Of a stretch of 51,362 nucleotides of DNA, positions 49,120 through 51,362 are shown piece by piece. The position numbers and the translations under genes were made by a program. The stretch is taken from positions 186,001 to 237,362 of the forward strand of contig NW_026576056.1 of NCBI RefSeq assembly GCF_028641065.1. The letters run 5' to 3'. Source of the DNA: Leucoraja erinacea. Taxonomy: Eukaryota. Within the stretch, counting starts at the first letter, position 1. Every line of letters begins with the position of its first letter. A model generated the notes under the pieces. That model ran no database searches and had not been told where the DNA came from. It saw only the letters and a program-made list of their open reading frames with translations.

Positions 49120-49575
49120 CAGTGGTTCCCAACGTGGGGCGTATGCCCCACAGGGGGGCAATTTGATTTTTAAGGGGGGCAATTGAGCGCAACTGAGGAG
49201 GTCTGGGTCCAAATTTCCGATTTTTATTTTTTTGGATTTTCCATCAGGTAAACATATGTAGTTTATGTTTCAGATGTTATTTTGAGTAAATAATTTTTTT
49301 TGGGGTAAAAAAGGTCTTTATTGTGTAGTTATTACATAATCACCGCACCATCGCTCTTCATGCACGTCGCACGAAGCGCGCGAGGTCATGGGAGAACCTT
49401 ATTTATTGAACCATGTTATTTTGAAGCTTGTTTAAAACCAAGGTATTGAAATGATAAGAATTATATCACCACATGGGGGGGGGGGGGGGGGGGGGGGGGG
49501 TGGGCAGGGGGCATCAGGATTTTAGAGGTGATTAGGTGGGGCATGGCCAAAAAAAAAAATGGTTGGGAACCACAG
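49120..49575. mobile_element. hAT-like non-autonomous DNA transposon
   Basis: TIRs CAGTGGTTCCCAAC ... GTTGGGAACCACAG; only an imperfect 8-bp TSD. Confidence 0.65.
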
Positions 49576-50066
49576 GGACTGGGGGAAAGAACAGAGTTGC
49601 GGGGTACCGATATTAATGTTGAACCATTAGCGGCTGAAGTCGCTGTTCAGCAAACGTTGACCAAATCTTACACTCCAACATTCAGGTGGCTAAATGCCGG
49701 TCCAAGGCCTCCAGTTTTCACCGTCGCTATTCCCTTTATTCAAAACAGGCAAATATTCGCCGCTGGAATTCGCCACCGACGGCATGGAGAAGAAATGACC
49801 CAACTGCACGTCACAAGGCACAGTCTCTTTTATCAGAACGACTCGACATTCACGATACTAACGATTTCCTGTCCCTTCCCGATAAAATGTCAACTTTGTT
49901 CTTAGGATTTCTTCGATTTTTTCAGGTAGAATATTTTCTTCTCCTCAATTAGCGACGTTTGTTTTGAGGGGCAGACATGTTTTTTTAATGTGTGGGAAAG
50001 AACTGCAGATGCTGGTTTAGGTCGAAGTTGGACACGAAATCCTGGAGGTACTCACACTGGAGGTAT

Positions 50067-50308
50067 TCACACAGAGAGTGGTGAATCTCTGGAACTCTCT
50101 GCCGCAGAGGGTAGTCGAGGCCAGTTAATTGGCTATATTTAAGAGGCAGTTAGATGTGGCCCTTGTGGCTAAGGGGATCAGAGGGTATGGAGAGAAGGCA
50201 TGTACGGGATACTGAGTTGGATGATCAGCCATGATCATATTGAATGGCGGTGCAGGCTCGAAGGGCCGAATGGCCTGCTCCTGCACCTAATTTCTATGTT
50301 CTATGTTT
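50067..50308 (+). mobile_element. CR1 family A 3' end
   Basis: Same 3' sequence. Confidence 0.85.
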
Positions 50309-51362
50309 ACTCAGCGGGTCAAGCAGCATCTATGGAGAAAGGGAATGGGTGACGTTTCCAATGGAGGGTTAGAAGCGTCACCAATTCTTCTCTCCAGAGA
50401 TGCTGTCCGTCCCGCTGAGTGTACTCCCAGCATTTGTGTCCGCCTTCATGTATTTTTATGTTTTGCGATATAAATACCAGTACATACGACAACAATTATT
50501 GCGGGTTCAATTTATTCCATATGAATTGAATAGGACCAAGGCATACCTTTGAAGCAACAACAATGGACAGGAGGTGGGATTAATGCGAGTACTGCCACCG
50601 GAATCATCTTTCCTCACAGCCCGCACGCGAATATTTTATTTCCAACCAGTTTTATTCCTGCAATTCGGTTTGATATATAATCATGGTTCATTCGATTAGC
50701 GGCGATTGCATCGATTACCGGCGACAAGAGGGACCCTTGGATATCGACCGCCTGTGTCAAAATGAACGGTCGCCACAACACGAGAGCGTTCCCAAATGGG
50801 GAACCGTTGAGATGCCGAGCGCAATAGCAAAAACTACAACAATATGCGTTGGCCAGGCGGACCTGCAGGGCAAAGGCGGGGGAAACTGATCAGTTTAGCA
50901 CAAACGACGGACACTGCGACAAGGATATGGGGGGGGGGGGGGGGGCGGGGAGGATGGTGCAATGAGCCGCCAAGTCAACTCACATTATTTTTATAGCACA
51001 TTGAAAAAACAACTCTCGTTGGCCAAGAGCTTACATTTGTTATATGAATAGTGTAACAAACAAACAAACAAAACTACATACAAAACAATAGCCCGTCAGG
51101 GACGTCAGGGAAGGCTTGGGAGGATAGATTACGTTTTTAGTCTCGACTTAAAGGGAGTCGATGGAGGGAGCAGTTTGATGGAAGGGGGCGCCCCTAAGCT
51201 TAGGGGCCAAGACCGCGGGGAATCCAGCAGCCACAAGGCAGCCGTCTGAGGCGACTGGAGGGGAATGGAGTGGTGGGTAAAAAAGAAGCGAAAATACTAG
51301 AATTATCCCCAGCCGTTGGAACTGTCAAAAGAATATGTATGGACCACATATTGTGAAGTCTG

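Noticed and set aside
355-50308. Recurrent short ORFs such as MIMADHPTQYPVPAFSPYP and MIILNGGAGSKGRMA, which might look like a peptide family or array
   Set aside because: Antisense or alternative frames of CR1 3' ends; dispersed repeats, not a CRISPR-like array.
50700-50890. Minus-strand acceptor-like site and a GCAAAAACT nonamer (possible V or J after C)
   Set aside because: No Ig-domain or FGXG motif in any frame and no correctly spaced heptamer.
3308-50945. Many long poly-G/poly-C runs
   Set aside because: Several expand short G tracts inside LINE copies; they may be slippage or sequencing artefacts, and nothing supports a function.

Overview
Vertebrate genomic DNA, almost certainly from a cartilaginous fish (skate/ray-like, inferred from dense CR1/HER1-type LINE 3' ends and a tRNA-derived HE1-type SINE). 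It has four N gaps and is largely retroelement debris. Between the repeats is part of a T-cell receptor alpha/delta-type locus arranged as two divergently transcribed cassettes. Minus strand, running off the left edge: leader (14192-14144), Ig-like V with 22-RSS (11725-11428), D1 and D2 (each 12-RSS/D/23-RSS), a J with no recognisable RSS (~2471-2405) and a J with 12-RSS (81-30). Plus strand: leader (18005) with a TCR-type V and 23-RSS (23748-24032), leader (35185) with a second Ig-like V and 22-RSS (36876-37180), one long J with a near-perfect 12-RSS (39184-39249), and a TCR-delta-type constant gene (Ig exon 41534-41842, probable hinge exon 43840-43893, TM exon 44951-45060). I found no D between the plus-strand Vs and the J. 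This points to a D-less, alpha-style V-J join of an Ig-like V onto a delta-type C, set back-to-back with a conventional V-D-D-J-J cassette. Family assignments come from motif recognition and recall, not database searches, and contig orientation across the gaps is unverified. Almost all other ORFs in the track are LINE fragments or noise.
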